From NCBI RefSeq assembly GCF_003918875.1, contig NW_025766248.1, positions 310,001 to 374,000 of the forward strand: a DNA stretch of 64,000 nt, written 5' to 3'. Below the pieces are notes generated by a model. That model was not told the DNA's origin, did not search any database, and saw nothing but the letters and a program-made list of their open reading frames with translations. Positions 1 through 12,740 of the stretch are shown one piece after another; the first letter of the stretch is position 1; each line of letters opens with the position of its first letter. The position numbers were made by a program, and so were the translations under genes. Origin of the DNA: Haliotis rubra. Its lineage: Eukaryota.

Positions 1-25
1 AGTCATCAAATCAAACTGCCATTTT

Positions 26-126
26 CTATTCCCCACACAGGCACAATGAGTGAAGACGTTTCTTGTGTCCCCTGCCGTGATATTGCTGGAATATCGCTAA
101 AAGAAGCATAAAACAATATTCACACT
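26..126 (+). mobile_element. SINE family A, 5'-truncated
   Basis: gtgtcccctgccgtgatattgctggaatatcgctaaaag matches the family A body and tail. Confidence 0.8.
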
Positions 127-1083
127 TGTGATCATGAAATCAGAGAAAAAGTATCTGATAATGTTTTCACTTTGGAACAATTGTTCCTTGTTCTGATTGC
201 TACGGAGTCACCAAACAGTGCCTGATATTGTTTCAGTCTGGATGATTCATCACTGTTCCTGTAATCATGAAGTTACTGAAATGGTGTCTGAGAGTGTTGA
301 CACTGTTCCTTGCCTTTCTGATCATGAAGTCATAACAATAGCATCTCACTGTATTTCAACTTTGAACCACAGTACCTAATGAGAGGAAGAAAGCATCTGT
401 CGAAGAAATCGTACCTCTTGCACGGAGCTGACCAAAAAAATGTGAAGACGATCCTACCTATAATATTCATTGACATTTACATTATTATGTCATTTTTCAT
501 ATTCTACATAAAAAAAATCCCACTTTTTCTATCTGTGACATGGTAACAGTCTGACAAGTGATGAATGTATTTCCTCAGAATCGATCAAATTCATGCCCAT
601 TACTACAATCATCTGTGTGTTTTTTCTAAGTCAGCCTCCAAATAATCTTAGAATTCTTTATCTGGACTGCGCCATCTTCATAATACACTCTGCCACGATC
701 ACCATTCACTTCAAGTGCAGTTTTTATTCCAACGGGGAATTCAGAAATCAGACAGTTGCATTTTTTCCCCAAGACAATAAAGAAGCAAATGAGAAACTTG
801 ACACTTGACTTTTTGTGTGCACCAATATTATCTACTTATTTAAATTACAGCAAGTTTAGGAGGACTGCCAAGACTCTTAAAAAACTACCTTCAGGAGGTG
901 TATTTACATGACATTTCGATAATGTGTTTGTCAAGTCTTATTTAATGCTGCAATAACATGCAGCGTTCAATACGCTGTTGATGTTACCAGGAAACCATAT
1001 TTAATCAAGCACCTGTTGGCAGATTCTCCTCATTTCTTATGGACATCGCTAAACAGACATGTTTCCTTAGTTCTTCTCTAGAA

Positions 1084-1210
1084 ATATGCTGCACAAAAAA
1101 GTTAAGGACCAGAATATGTTGAAGGTTATTTTTTGTTGTGAAGAAGGAAGATACTTCGAGAAAAAATTCCCAAAATATTCCTGATCCTAAACTTTTGGGG
1201 GTTTGTTTTA
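1084..1210. mobile_element. Degenerate Tc1/mariner-like MITE
   Basis: Imperfect inverted ends gcacaaaaaagttaagga ... tcctaaacttttggggg, TA-flanked. Confidence 0.35.
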
Positions 1211-1276
1211 TGACTAATATTACTGATATGATGACATATGGGTGTTGGTAAAATGTGTGGCTGTTTGTATCAGCTT

Positions 1277-1440
1277 GAGTGAGTGAGTTTAGTTTTACAC
1301 CGCTTTTAGCAATACTACAGCAAAATCACAGCAGGGGAAACCAGAAATGGGCTTCACACATTGTACCCATGTGGGGAATCAAACCCAGGTCTTCAGCATG
1401 ACAAGCGAACGCTTTAACCACTAGGCTACCCCACTGCCCC
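1277..1440 (-). mobile_element. SINE family A (tRNA-Asp-derived head, ~165 bp, (ACTC)n tail), full length
   Basis: Family consensus: A-box TAGCCTAGTGG, GTC anticodon-like loop, B-box GGTTCGATTCC, tail ...TAAAACTAAACTCACTCACTC. 14-bp TSD ttgtatcagcttga at 1265-1278 and 1441-1454. Confidence 0.93.
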
Positions 1441-1460
1441 TTGTATCAGCTTGAACTACA

Positions 1461-1680
1461 GCCAGTTCTACAGTGGGTTCCACTGATATACCACAGTTTA
1501 ACATGGACATCCCACTCAGCCACTGTATTCTGTCTCCAAGTCAATAACTACTTGTTTTATCATCTTAATGCCTTGCAACAGGCAAGTTTCAACAAATACC
1601 ATCTTTAATGTCAGCCTTGGTCTGAACCACGGGCCTTGTGCTCTCCAGGCAGCTCAATCAACGAGACTACATTGATGGTT
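1461..1680 (-). mobile_element. SINE family C (old tRNA-SINE), degenerate
   Basis: Shares cactga..ccacagtt.aacatggaca.ccc and ctctccaggca blocks with 50840-51455 and 63340-63470. Confidence 0.6.
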
Positions 1681-2759
1681 AAAACAAAATTTACCTAACG
1701 GGAGGTTGCGTTAAACAGGAATTCCTTTCTTTCTGAATATTCGTAACAAAGTCATAACATATTATTATAATAATTCACATTCACTTGTCAAAAAGTAAAC
1801 ATAGCCCTACTTGAAATTCGACGCAAGTAATCTTTGTGAAAATTATACATAAATATCTGCTCTTTGTAAACATGTAAAAACTTTTCTTGTCTCTCTATGG
1901 TGCCTTCCCAATATTAAAAAAACATGTTTTTAATCTCTATTCAGCCACGCCTAAAAGCCAAAAAAGCAATTATGAGGTTAGCATATTCCTGTGCTTTTTT
2001 ATCCAATATCTTTACCATAATTGGGTTGTTTGCTACAAAACGTATCTGTAATTAAATCTATTTCTAACAACATACAAATTGGGCAGAGATGATAGCATTA
2101 ATCACCTTTAAGAAGATTATTCAATCAAAATCGTGATCGGTACTGATGTCAAATTAAGTACGTTTCCTTGTCAAACCCTTGTTCTGACCTGAAGAGCACC
2201 AATCTCAGCTTTCCGAAATAGGTTTGTTTCAGGAGGTGATTGATGTCGCATGTCTGGCCTCGTCTTGTACATATCATTCTCATTTGTCACTCACTCGCTC
2301 CTGTTCATTTCACTACTGATCCAGAGAAGGGGAGCCAAAAATGAAAATGCCGACATATTTGATAATTGGCATTCCAGGTGATCATCTCATGACTTGCAAA
2401 TCGTCTGCTAATGAATCAATTTCTCGGTGGAGCGCAGTAATCAAGCTGAGATTTATCTTTATTTGATTATGCCATGGACGGGCAGAAGCATTCATCATCT
2501 GAAATAACGTCCTTGTGTTAACCTGTTACTCCATCGATGGCCATTCATATTGTTCTCGCCTAGGAATTATGTAAGATATATTGACGCTCAACAAAAACAT
2601 TACTAAGCTGCATCAACTTAGAGATTCATGAGTTGCAAATCCCGGAGATAATATTCCCTTGGCTGTTGTAGCCGAAAGATGAATTCCATACTCAATGAAC
2701 ATGATCCGTCTTCATTATGATATTCCTCAACGAACAATTTATTACACATGCCAAAGTGA

Positions 2760-3225
2760 CTTGTTGTTGAACTATCTGACACAACATGGGCGAGGTAGCA
2801 TTGGGAGACGTTAGGAGTCTGCGTAGGAATTGTGTGGAACTGACTGATACAACATGGGCTAGGTAACAATGGTAGTATACAACAGTCTTTGTATGGAATT
2901 CTGTTTCACTGGATGACAAAATATGGACTTCACAAAGGGAGTATTTATGAGTCTTGGAGTTGAATTCTGTTGACTTACAAAACATGGACGTATTCAACAG
3001 TCTTTGTATCAAATTGTGTTGAACCAATGGACAAAACATGGAATGGTAACAGAGGTTGTTTTCAAGAATATTTCAGTTGAATTATGTTGAATGGCTGACA
3101 AAACATGTACTTATTCAAGAGTCCTTTGAAGAATTCTGTCAAACTGACTGACAAAACATGAACTTAGTAAAGGTACTATTCACAGACATTGTGTTGAACT
3201 GAGTTGAACCAACTGACAAAGCAGA
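2760..3225. repeat. Old degenerate minisatellite (~50-65 bp unit)
   Basis: Recurrent tgtgttgaac..ctgacaaaacatgg motif about 8 times. Confidence 0.65.
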
Positions 3226-3433
3226 TCAGATAGGTTACTCCCATCACAGACATTAAACCATATTTATTCAACCACAGCAGGACAAATGAGAGGAATTGCC
3301 AAGTTCTACTCTATGTTGGCACCAGTATCCCTCTCTGAGGTGAGCGGATGGCATGATATACCACAGTCCACGTCTGTGAAATCTCCAATCACAGTTCCAC
3401 TTGAGATTGTTGTACTGATTTGGGCAGCCTTAC

Positions 3434-3533
3434 CTGAACTTGATGCTGTGAATCTTTTTGACTCCATAGCTCCATACGCCTCCCATCTTCTTCTCAATGA
3501 GTCCTCCCAGGATGTGCTCCCACAGGTAGATGC
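3434..3533 (-). CDS. RXYLT1: Internal coding exon of a ribitol-5-phosphate xylosyltransferase 1 (RXYLT1/TMEM5)-like gene
   Basis: Minus strand reads tatttgttttgcag|GCATCTACCTGTGG...AAGTTCAG|gtaagg: canonical acceptor and donor, 100 nt, phase 1 to phase 2, open frame (G)IYLWEHILGGLIEKKMGGVWSYGVKKIHSIKF(R). Resembles the remembered RXYLT1 segment KAAIG-LYLWEHIFEG...W.EG...YSFITGP. Homology recognised from memory, not by search. Confidence 0.8.
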
Positions 3534-3560
3534 CTGCAAAACAAATACGCGGCATTAGTC
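3534..3560 (-). promoter_or_regulatory. Splice acceptor with putative branch point for the RXYLT1-like exon
   Basis: Minus strand gactaatgccgcgtatttgttttgcag; CTAAT (CTRAY) branch A at 3555, 22 nt from the exon start. Confidence 0.6.
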
Positions 3561-4935
3561 ACAACCACTGGGTGCAGTTGGATCTCATGTCAAAGTATGA
3601 AACAAGTCATTAGTCACAACCACTGGGTGCAGTTGGATCTCATGTCAAAGTATGAAACAAGTCATTAGTCACAACCACTGGGTGCAGTTGGATCTCATGT
3701 CAAAGTATGAAACAAGTCATTAGTCACAACCACTGGGTGCAGTTGGATCTCATGTCAAAGTATGAAACAAGTCATTAGTCACAACCACTGGGTGCAGTTG
3801 GATCTCATGTCAAAGTATGAAACAAGTCATTAGTCACAACCACTGGGTGCAGTTGGATCTCATGTCAAAGTATATTAGTCACAACCACTGGGTGCAGTTG
3901 GATCTCATGTCAAAGTATGAAACAAGTCATTAGTCACAACCACTGGGTGCAGTTGGATCTCATGTCAAAGTATGAAACAAGTCATTAGTCACAACCACTG
4001 GGTGCAGTTGGATCTCAATGTCATGGATCTCATGTCAAAGTATGAAACAAGTCATTAGTCACAACCACTGGGTGCAGTTGGATCTCATGTCAAAGTATGA
4101 AACAAGTCATTAGTCACAACCACTGGGTGCAGTTGGATCTCATGTCAAAGTATGAAACAAGTCATTAGTCACAACCACTGGGTGCAGTTGGATCTCATGT
4201 CAAAGTATGAAACAAGTCATTAGTCACAACCACTGGGTGCAGTTGGATCTCATGTCAAAGTAGTCCCACAAACAACTGGGTGCAACCACTGGGTGCAGTT
4301 GGATCTCATGTCAAAGTATGAAACAAGTCATTAGTCACAACCACTGGGTGCAGTTGGATCTCATGTCAAAGTATGAAACAAGACGTAAGTCACAACCACT
4401 GGGTGCAGTTGGATCTCATGTCAAAGTATGAAACAAGTCATTAGTCACAACCACTGGGTGCAGTTGGATCTCATGTCAAAGTATGAAACAAGACGTAAGT
4501 CACAACCACTGGGTGCAGTTGGATCTCATGTCAAAGTATGAAACAAGTCATTAGTCACAACCACTGGGTGCAGTTGGATCACAACCACTGGGTGCAGTTG
4601 CATCTCATGTCAAAGTATGAAACAAGACGTAAGTCACAACCACTTGGTGCAGTTGGATCTCATGTCAAAGTATGAAACAAGTCCTAAGTCACAACTACTG
4701 GGTCCAGCTGGAGCCACAATCAAGACGTGAAAGCATCCCAAGTCAAAACCACTGGATCAAATACTGACAATAAAGGAGTTCTAACACAAAACGACTGGAT
4801 CAAGATGGATCCACAATCAAGCCATGAAAACGATTCCTGGGTCACAACTAATGGTTCCAGTGGATCCACATTCAATGGATCATGTTGGATCCATAACCCA
4901 GCCATGAAAGGTGTCCTAAGTCACAACTAATGGAA
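3553..4935. repeat. 55-bp minisatellite, ~21 near-perfect copies then a degenerate tail
   Basis: Unit cattagtcacaaccactgggtgcagttggatctcatgtcaaagtatgaaacaagt (starts 3553, 3608, ...); diverged relatives 4715-4935. Confidence 0.97.
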
Positions 4936-6899
4936 TCCCACAGGACCTAACAACATCATAATATCAACTTTAATTCTTGTTGATACTTTGATTTGAAAGA
5001 TGAGTTGTAAGAAAGTCAGGGTTCAACTAAATCCATTGTGTTGTATCAGTTTACTAATACATGTAAGCATCACAAGAATATTGGCTGGTATAGATGTAGT
5101 AGGGTATCAATATAATCAACTACCCCTCCAGCCATGCTGTCTACAGAGTGCAAGGGGAGGTAAATGAGATCATAATCACCATGCTGTTCTATAGCACATC
5201 CCCATGTTAAAGGCACAATGTCACACATTTACGACAATAGTTTGGTTTATATTATACATACTAGGATATATGCAATCACTTAGTTTCCTATTGACACATT
5301 AAAAGACTTATTATCCTTTACGACTTGCCGGAAATCGATAATTGAAACTTTGAGGCAAACAGCTTCCAAACAGAGAACACTTGCCATATATGAAATGTAA
5401 ACAATTGTTTCCCGAACTGGTTTCAATCACAAGTTGTGCGTAGGATATTCGTAAAGAGCGCTCAAAGGGACCTAACTCTATGGGGTTTGTTTGAAATAAT
5501 GTTTGGTCGGTAGAGGGAGCGAGAGTGCAATATTGCATTAATTCATTTGAACTTAATAATAAATAAATAATTTTTAAATTGAATAAAATATATGGTAGCT
5601 TCCCTTGGGGCTGATAGTATTACTGAGAGAAATGCATTATTTATTTTTAGAGAAGTGTGAATCACACACTCACTACATGTTGAATTTTGTTCTACTTGAA
5701 TATTGTAAAATTGGTATATTGCATTTCTTCCCCTCCTACCACAAGCTGCATTGTGTCCCTTAGATCTAACATCAGATAATCATGAAAACATTCATCATTA
5801 GACATAAAATCTGACAAAGAAACAGAAAGAAAAGAAAAGTTGCTTTTATGAAACACATTGTCTTTAATCTCGTCAAGCAGAAAAACAGAACAAATTGCAT
5901 TTATCTCTGTAGAGACGTTCACATTAATGTTGGATTTCAAATTCAATTTAACATACATAGATGATCAATCAGATATTTGAAAACGAATACGAAGAGAGAT
6001 TTCTTATAAAAGAGATAGAACAAAACGTTTTTGATCATTTCGAAAGTTGATTCCTTCAAATAATCCAGATTCATCATGTCTTAGAAGTTGACAATGCTCA
6101 TTGAAAACCTAGGCAAATCTTCATGCCATGGGTAGTATTATAAGAGAGATGTTTCATGTAATGAATAAAAAGCGTCCTGGATGCCTGCTACATTGTGCTC
6201 AACTATCTTTGATCTTAAATCGGTGGTATTCTCACAGATATTGCATCACACAAAGGAGACTGAGGGCACAATCATTTTAAGATCATTATTGTCCTTCCAT
6301 GTCCGAGCCATCAAAGAAAAGACAGAGCCAATCAAAGAAGAATTATAACATATTCTTTTAATTAGGAAGCATTCACTCCAGGGAGAGCCTATAAATAGAG
6401 CTGTTCAAGACACAGTCTTCAACACCGTGCTGTAAATTCACAAGGAAATAACGCCAGTCAAAGAAAGTCAAACAGAGATCTTTGAAGGATGCAATCAAAT
6501 AAGAAGAGAGTAGCGACAAATTTAGCTGACTTTTCAGCGAATGATTTGGAGCTGACAGTGACATGACTCTGCACTTGATTTAGCTCCAGTCTCTCTGGAC
6601 TCGGGGAAAGAAACAGGAAGAAGTAATGAGGCTATTAACACTCACCACTTTGATCAAATATTAGGCGTACTTTGAATCTAATGGATAGGTGAAGTGTTTC
6701 AGCACGTCACGCCACTCTTATGCAATAAACAGTTACGAACGGAGCCACAATTGATCCAGCATCCCATAAACTGACCCATAACTGCTCACCTCAAAAGACA
6801 TGGTGTCTAATAGACCCCCTTCTATTGACTGCCTATCACCAAATACATTCATCCTGAAAATGTCCTACAGTAATAAGGTCAGGAGAATAAAGAAGCGTG

Positions 6900-7990
6900 G
6901 ATTCTCCAGTCTCCATATACTGCATTATCTTCTTCCCCACACTCTGTCTCTATCTACTGCATCACCTATTGCCCCACCACCTGTCTCCATGTACTGCATC
7001 CTCTATTGCCCCACCACCTGTCTCCATGTACTGCATCCTCTATTGCCCCACCCCTGTCTCCATGTACTGTATCCTCTATTGCCCCACCGCCTGTCTCCAT
7101 GTACCATCCTCTATTGCCCCACTGCCTGTCTCCCTGTCTCCATGTACTGCATCCTCTATTGCCCCACCACCTGTCTCCATGTACTGCATCCTCTATTGCC
7201 CCACCACCTGTCTCCATGTACTGTATCCTCTATTGCCCCACCGCCTGTCTCCATGTACTGCATCCTCTATTGCCCCACTGCCTGTCTCCATGTACTGCAT
7301 CCTCTATTGCCCCACCGCCTGTCTCCATGTACTGTATCCTCTATTGCCCCACCGCCTGTCTCCATGTACTGCATCCTCTATTGCCCCACCACCTGTCTCC
7401 TGTACTCCATCCTCTATTGCCCCACTGCCTGTCTCCATGTACTGCATCCTCTATTGCCCCACCGCCTGTCTCCATGTACTGCATCCTCTATTGCCCCACC
7501 CCCTGTCTCCATGTACTGCATCCTCTATTGCCCCACCACCTGTCTCCATGTACTGCATCCTCTATTGCCCCACTGCCTGTCTCCATGTACTGCATCCTCT
7601 ATTGCCCCACCGCCTGTCTCCATGTACTGTATCCTCTATTGCCCCACCACCTGTCTCCATGTACTGTATCCTCTATTGCCCCATCGCCTGTCTCCATGTA
7701 TTGCATCCTCTATTGTCCCCACCACCTGTCTCCATGTATTGCATCCTCTATTTCCCCACCACCTGTCTCCATGTACTGCATCCTCTATTGCCCCACCACC
7801 TGTCTCCATCCTCTATTGCCCCACCACCTGTCTCCATGTACTGCATCCTCTATTGCCCACCACCTGTCTCCATGTACTGCATCCTCTATTGCCCCACCGC
7901 CTGTCTCCATGTACTGCATCCTCTATTGCCCCACCACCTGTCTCCATGTACTGCATTGTCTATTGCCCCACCGCCTGTCTCCATGTCAAC
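6900..7990. repeat. 37-bp C-rich minisatellite, ~28 copies
   Basis: Unit ctccatgtactgcatcctctattgccccaccacctgt. Confidence 0.97.
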
Positions 7991-8465
7991 ATATTCTGAA
8001 TCCCCTATTCTGTCACAGTTGTTGGCTTGGAGCCTAATCTGGATGTTGACATGGAATTAGGAACATTATTATCACATTTATGCCACAGTAGTCTGTGTAA
8101 TAATGCCAGCAGGCCATTTACTGTCTTTGCTCTACATCACTGTTGTTTTATTTGCCCTCAAATCAATAGCCAGAGACTGGGACTCCCAAGGCAGCAGCGA
8201 CATGCATCCTTCCAAGTATGAGACATTCAGCTCACAAATGTAGCATGTCTTAAAAATACAGCTATAAAAATACATGCTGTTAGACTCTGGAGATAAGTCT
8301 GCATGATTTATGACATTCCAGTACATTTTAATTCTACTACAATGGTTTGTTTGTATCTCAAGACAATTCTGTATAAACTAAAGCATACATGTCACTGTCT
8401 CTTCCATGCTTCCCTTGTGTGTCATGGCTTCTAAGTTCCAACATTCCTCGGTCACTGATGACAGA

Positions 8466-8629
8466 GGGGCAGTCAGGTAGCCTAGTGGCGAAAGCGTTTG
8501 CTTGTCATACCAAAGACTCAGGTTCAATTCCCCACATGGATACAATGTGTGAAGCCCATTTCTGTCGTCCCCTGAAGTAGTATTGCTGGAGTATTAGTAA
8601 AGTGGTGTAAAACCACACCCACCCACTTA
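8466..8629 (+). mobile_element. SINE family A, full length, tail eroded
   Basis: ggggcagtcaggtagcctagtgg...ggttcaattcccc...tattgctggagtattag. Confidence 0.88.
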
Positions 8630-9129
8630 CGATAGATATTTAATTTGAATTGTAACACTTGAACACTACTCAAGAGACTTGTTAAATATATCTCTTCTAG
8701 AAGCTTATCAAAATCCCCTAGAAAACAGCAGCTGGTCTGAAGCAAACAGACTGGTCACATTACTTGCTTCCAGGACACGTAAGCATCATGTTAACATCGA
8801 CAAGATTAAGGTATCTCTGGCTCGCCAACCAATTACCTTCAGTTTTAGAATTTGGAATGTTAAAGATGAATGTTTCAATCTTTGTCCTTGATGTCTCAAT
8901 ACCAACATCTGCCTAACTCACGGTCTCCATTAACACCAGGAATAAACAGTGGTTACCAAGGCACTGCAATGTAATAACTTGAATGACTTGTAAGTTATGG
9001 ACCGTCATGTACTTTTTCAGGTCATGACAGGAAATAAGACCTGATACTTGTCCAGGAAAGACATCAAAGAAAAATATTGTGCTTGTTTGGCAAGTAAGGC
9101 CACCTCCACAGCGATGACACAATCAACAA

Positions 9130-11150
9130 GACCATCCTAATCTAGTGATGACACAGCAAACCAGACCATGCTTGTCAAGTGATGACAAACATACATGGCA
9201 ATACTTGGCAAGTGATGTCAAACAAGACAATACTTGGCAAAGTGATGTCAAACAAGACAAAACTTGGCAAAGTGATGCCAAACAAGACAATACTTGGCAA
9301 GTGATGTCAAACAAGACAATACTTGGCAAAGTGATGCCAAACAAGACAATACTTGGCAAGTGATGTCAAACAAGACAATACTTGGCAAAGTGATGCCAAA
9401 CAAGACAATACTTGGCAAAGAGATGCCAAACAAGACAATGCTTGGCAAGAGATGCCAAACAAGACAATATTTAGCAAGTGATGACAAGTAAGACAATATT
9501 TAGCAAGTGATGCCAAACAAGACAATATTTAGCAAGTGATGCCAAACAAGACAATGCTTAACAAAGTGATGCCAAACAAGATCATGCTGGTCAAGTGATG
9601 ACACAGCAAACAAGATCATACTGGTCAAGCGATGACAGGGCAAGCAAGATCATGGTTGTCAAGTGATGACAGGGCAAACAAGATCATGCTTGTCAAGCGA
9701 TGACAGGGCAAACAAGATCATGCTTGTCAAGCGATGACACAGCAAACAAGATCGATGACACAGCAAACAAGTTGTCAAGCGATGACACAGCAAACAAGAT
9801 CATGCTTGTCAGCGATGACACAGCAAACAAGATCATACTGGTCAATGAGCAGATGACATGCTTGTCAAGGGGCAAACAAGATCATGCTGGTACTGATGAC
9901 ACAGCGATGACAGGGCAGTGATGACAAGCAAACAAGATCATACTGGTCAAGTGATGACACAGCAAACAAGATCATGCTTGTCAAGAGATGACACAGCAAA
10001 CAAGATCATGCTTGTCAAGCGATGACAAGATCACAGACACAGCAAACAAGATCATGCTTGTCAAGTGATGACACAGCAAACAAGATCATGCTTGTCAGCG
10101 ATGACACAGCAAACAAGATCATGCTTGTCAAGCGATGACACAGCAACAAGATCATGGTTGTCAGCGATGACACAGCAAACAAGATCATGCTGGTCAAGTG
10201 ATGACACAGCAAACAAGATCATGCTTGTCAAGCGATGACAGGGCAAACAAGATCATGGTTGTCAAACAAGCGATGACAGGGCAAACAAGATCATGCTTGT
10301 CAAGCGATGACACAGCAAACAAGATCATGGTTGCAAACAAGAAGCGATGACACAGCAAACAAGATCATGCTTGTCAAGCGATGACACAGCAAACAAGATC
10401 ATGCTTGTCAAGCGATGACACAGCAAACAAGATCATGCTTGTCAAGCGATGACACAGCAAACAAGATCATGCTGGTCAAGTGATGACACAGCAAACAAGA
10501 TCATACTGGTCAAGCGATGACAGGGCAAACAAGATCATACTGGTCAAGTGATGACACAGCAAACAAGATCATACTGGTCAAGCGATGACAGGGCAAACAA
10601 GATCATGCTTGTCAAGCGATGACACAGCAAACAAGATCATGGTTGTCAAGCGATGACACAGCAAACAAGATCATGGTTGTCAAGCGATGACAGGGCAAAC
10701 AAGATCATGCTTGTCAAGCGATGACACAGCAAACAAGATCATGCTTGTCAAGTGATGACACAGCAAACAAGATCATGGTTGTCAAGCGATGACACAGCAA
10801 ACAAGATCATGCTGGTCAAGTGATGACACAGCAAACAAGATCATGCTTGTCAAGCGATGACAGGGCAAACAAGATCATGCTTGTTGATGACACAGCAAAC
10901 AAGATCATACTTGATGACACAGCAAACAAGATCATGGTTGTCAAGCGATGACAGGGCAAACAAGATCATGCTTGTCAAGCGATGACACAGCAAACAAGAT
11001 CATGCTTGTCAAGTGATGACACAGCAAACAAGATCATGCTTGTCAAGCGATGACACAGCAAACAAGATCATGCTTGTCAAGCGATGACACAGCAAACAAG
11101 ATCATGGTTGTCAAGCGATGACACAGCAAACAAGACGTTGCTTGTCAAGC
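9130..11150. repeat. Compound minisatellite: 29-30 bp zone (~9190-9580), then 34-bp zone
   Basis: Units agtgatgtcaaacaagacaatacttggca(a) and agcgatgacacagcaaacaagatcatgcttgtca. Confidence 0.97.
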
Positions 11151-11996
11151 TATGGCAAGGGCAATGAAACTAACACAGTTCTCTTCGTAATTCGCAACCA
11201 AACAAAGCCATCATTTGAAGGGTTTAAACCCTAAAGCATGTTCTTGCACAAATTATGTCCCTGATGGGTTTATATCTCATTCGACTGTAGAATGTCAAAT
11301 ACCATCTGACAAGGTCTTCGATCATGCTGAGCCTTTGCGAGTACACATTTTACACTTAAATGGATCTTTTCTCTCCTATGCTGAAAATATGAATCATTTC
11401 CAGCTGCTGTTTAGATAACCTTGGGAGCTTGCTGTTAGTCCACATATGGAAGAATCACTTGCATTGATGCCCAGTTTCGTTGCATGAGTAGTTACAGTTT
11501 TGATGAATCAAGTTGATCTAATTCGGTTTTCACAGAAGACAGTACTTGTAAAGTCATTCTCAGAGGCTTTTCTTTATCACAGGCTCAAGATGTGCTTCTA
11601 TCCAAAAGGGAGCTTTAAAGAATTATGTTGCCATGGTAATGAGCAGATGCCATCTGCCCAAGCCTGCCCCACCTAGAGTGAAGAATACGGAATCAGAAAG
11701 GGATTACTTCAAGTGCTGCTGTATTGAATCCTGATCAAATCTGGCCTTAGTCACACGTAAAAGTGGGCTTAAGGTTCCGAAGCTCACCTGGTAAAAAGTG
11801 GTCAAAAAACTCAGAAACCGTGACTAGTCACACAAAAGTTATCTAAGTATTAATACTGCGATTGATTGAGCGAAATCTTTTTCAATCATCATTCTGTTAA
11901 AAACTAAATGCATGTTATTTTCTTTCTTTCCTTTGTGAATGTTTTCATGTTAAGTTTAATTTCAGCTTGGTGGGACTAATTCAGATGCATGTTTCT

Positions 11997-12152
11997 GGGT
12001 GAGTGAGCTTTAAACCCACACTTATTTAACACTATCAATACTATAGAGGTTGTGGGGTAGGTGACACAAAAGGTCTTTCCTGCATTTTCCCTTTGAGGAA
12101 TAGAACCAGGGTGTTTATTGTCTTGTGGAAATGCCTTAACTACTGGGGTACC
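11997..12152 (-). mobile_element. Old family A-like SINE
   Basis: gagtgag tail, gaggaatagaaccaggg B-box remnant, atgccttaactactggggtacc A-box remnant. Confidence 0.55.
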
Positions 12153-12219
12153 AAACGATGTCTGTCATAGCATTACAGATCTGTTATGTCAAGCACTCTT
12201 CTGATGTCCTGTACATATT

Positions 12220-12467
12220 GGTAGGTTGGTTGGTTTGTTGCTTAACGCCGCACTCAGCAATATTCCAGCTATATGGCGGCGGTCTGTAAATAATTGAATC
12301 TGGACCAGACAATTCAGTGATCAACAGCATGAACATCGATCTACACGATTGGGATACAATGACATGTGTCAACCAAGTCAGCGAGCCTGACCACCCGATC
12401 CTGTTAGTTGCCTCTTACGACAAGCATGGGTTGCTGAAGACCGATTCTAACCCGGATCTTCACAGGT
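12220..12467 (-). mobile_element. SINE-like family B (~250 bp, no tRNA head, (AACC)n tail), full length
   Basis: Head ACCTGTGAAGATCCGGGTTAGAAT...GTCGTAAGAGGC; tail GCTGGAATATTGCTGAGTGCGGCGTTAA. TSD tgtac(a/g)tatt. Confidence 0.92.
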
Positions 12468-12592
12468 AGTGTACGTATTTTGCTTAGTTGGATTCCAGTC
12501 TACATGTTGGTCCTGGTTATGCAACAAAAAACAGACGCACAGTGGATTACCACAAATCAAATCATATCATCTATAGTTTCCTTTCACTAAAC

Positions 12593-12740
12593 ATAGAATA
12601 TTACAGATTTATTATATATATGTTGACTAGACAAAGATGTACAGCTTGTATAGGATAGAATATTACAGATTTATTATATATATGTTGACTAGACAAAGAT
12701 GTACAGCTTGTATAGGATAGACAATAACAGATTTATAACA
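12593..12740. repeat. 62-bp tandem duplication
   Basis: atagaatattacagatttattatatatatgttgactagacaaagatgtacagcttgtatagg x2 plus a partial copy. Confidence 0.9.

Noticed and set aside
2185-2230. Hammerhead-like CTGAAGA...CGAAA
   Set aside because: No convincing stem II or stem III and no NUH cleavage site.
3286-3558. ORF-track peptides 3286..3558 (+) and 3306..3539 (-)
   Set aside because: They overlap the real exon in the wrong strand or frame; only the third minus frame fits the splice sites and a known protein.
6800-8060. 340-400 aa Cys/Pro/His-rich ORFs in all three frames
   Set aside because: Produced by a stop-free 37-bp unit that is not a multiple of 3; frames interconvert through indels, with no sign of coding constraint.
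9750-10060. Scrambled patches in array centres (also ~4010, 4260, 19460-19560, 22240-22530, 34120-34170)
   Set aside because: Most likely assembly consensus noise in tandem arrays, so copy numbers should be treated as approximate.
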